DNA of 64,000 bases, filler included, from Sphacelaria rigidula (Eukaryota), in NCBI GenBank assembly GCA_964200075.2. It is 10 parts of 10 records of this genome, joined end to end, with 100 filler letters (N's around TTAATTAATTAA, not from the genome) between each part and the next. Parts side by side here need not be neighbours in the genome. Positions count along the whole stretch, not along the records: positions 57,703 to 64,000 come from CAXNAA020020939.1; 9 more parts are not named here. The stretch is one strand, 5' to 3'. Shown in pieces: positions 63,926 to 64,000 of this stretch. The translations under genes and the position numbers were made by a program. The notes beneath the pieces were generated by a model. It was not told the origin of the DNA, did no database searches, and worked only from the letters and a program-made list of their open reading frames with translations. Numbering within the stretch: position 1 is the stretch's first letter; every line of letters starts with the position of its first letter.

Positions 63926-64000
63926 GTTGTTGTTGTTGTTGTTGTTGTCTTCACATTAAGAAACCGTTCCGATATCTGCGCGGTATATTCGTACTGGGCA

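Overview
Eukaryotic, repeat-rich DNA; gene structure and repeat style suggest a stramenopile, probably a brown alga (inference). The window is not one locus. It is ten probably unlinked contigs (the nine complete segments are 6311-6312 bp) joined by an artificial N44-TTAATTAATTAA-N44 linker. Host genes I can support: a complete 5-exon Sec20/BNIP1-type SNARE (46382-50785, +, 279 aa, one GC-AG intron) head-to-head with the first coding exon of a voltage-gated Ca2+/Na+ channel (45225-45662, -), and the first exon of a tandem-PAM2 protein, probably eRF3 (20756-20918, -). Mobile DNA dominates: a decayed Ty1/copia element with 5' LTR and PBS, a decayed RTE-like LINE with dispersed copies of its 3' tail, a tRNA-derived SINE, a frequent ~300 bp interspersed repeat, and many non-autonomous TIR elements. 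These sort into groups by end and target-site duplication (TSD): mostly whole-length palindromes with RACA ends and 4-bp TSDs; CAC-N5-GGAC ends with 8-bp TSDs and family-specific motif arrays; TTAA/CCCT; and TA. Several insertions are nested or composite. There is also a ~4.6 kb hierarchical C-rich tandem array. I see no CRISPR, rRNA or intact tRNA, and no convincing novel protein-coding system. The best novelty candidates are the TIR-element groups. All alignments were done by eye.
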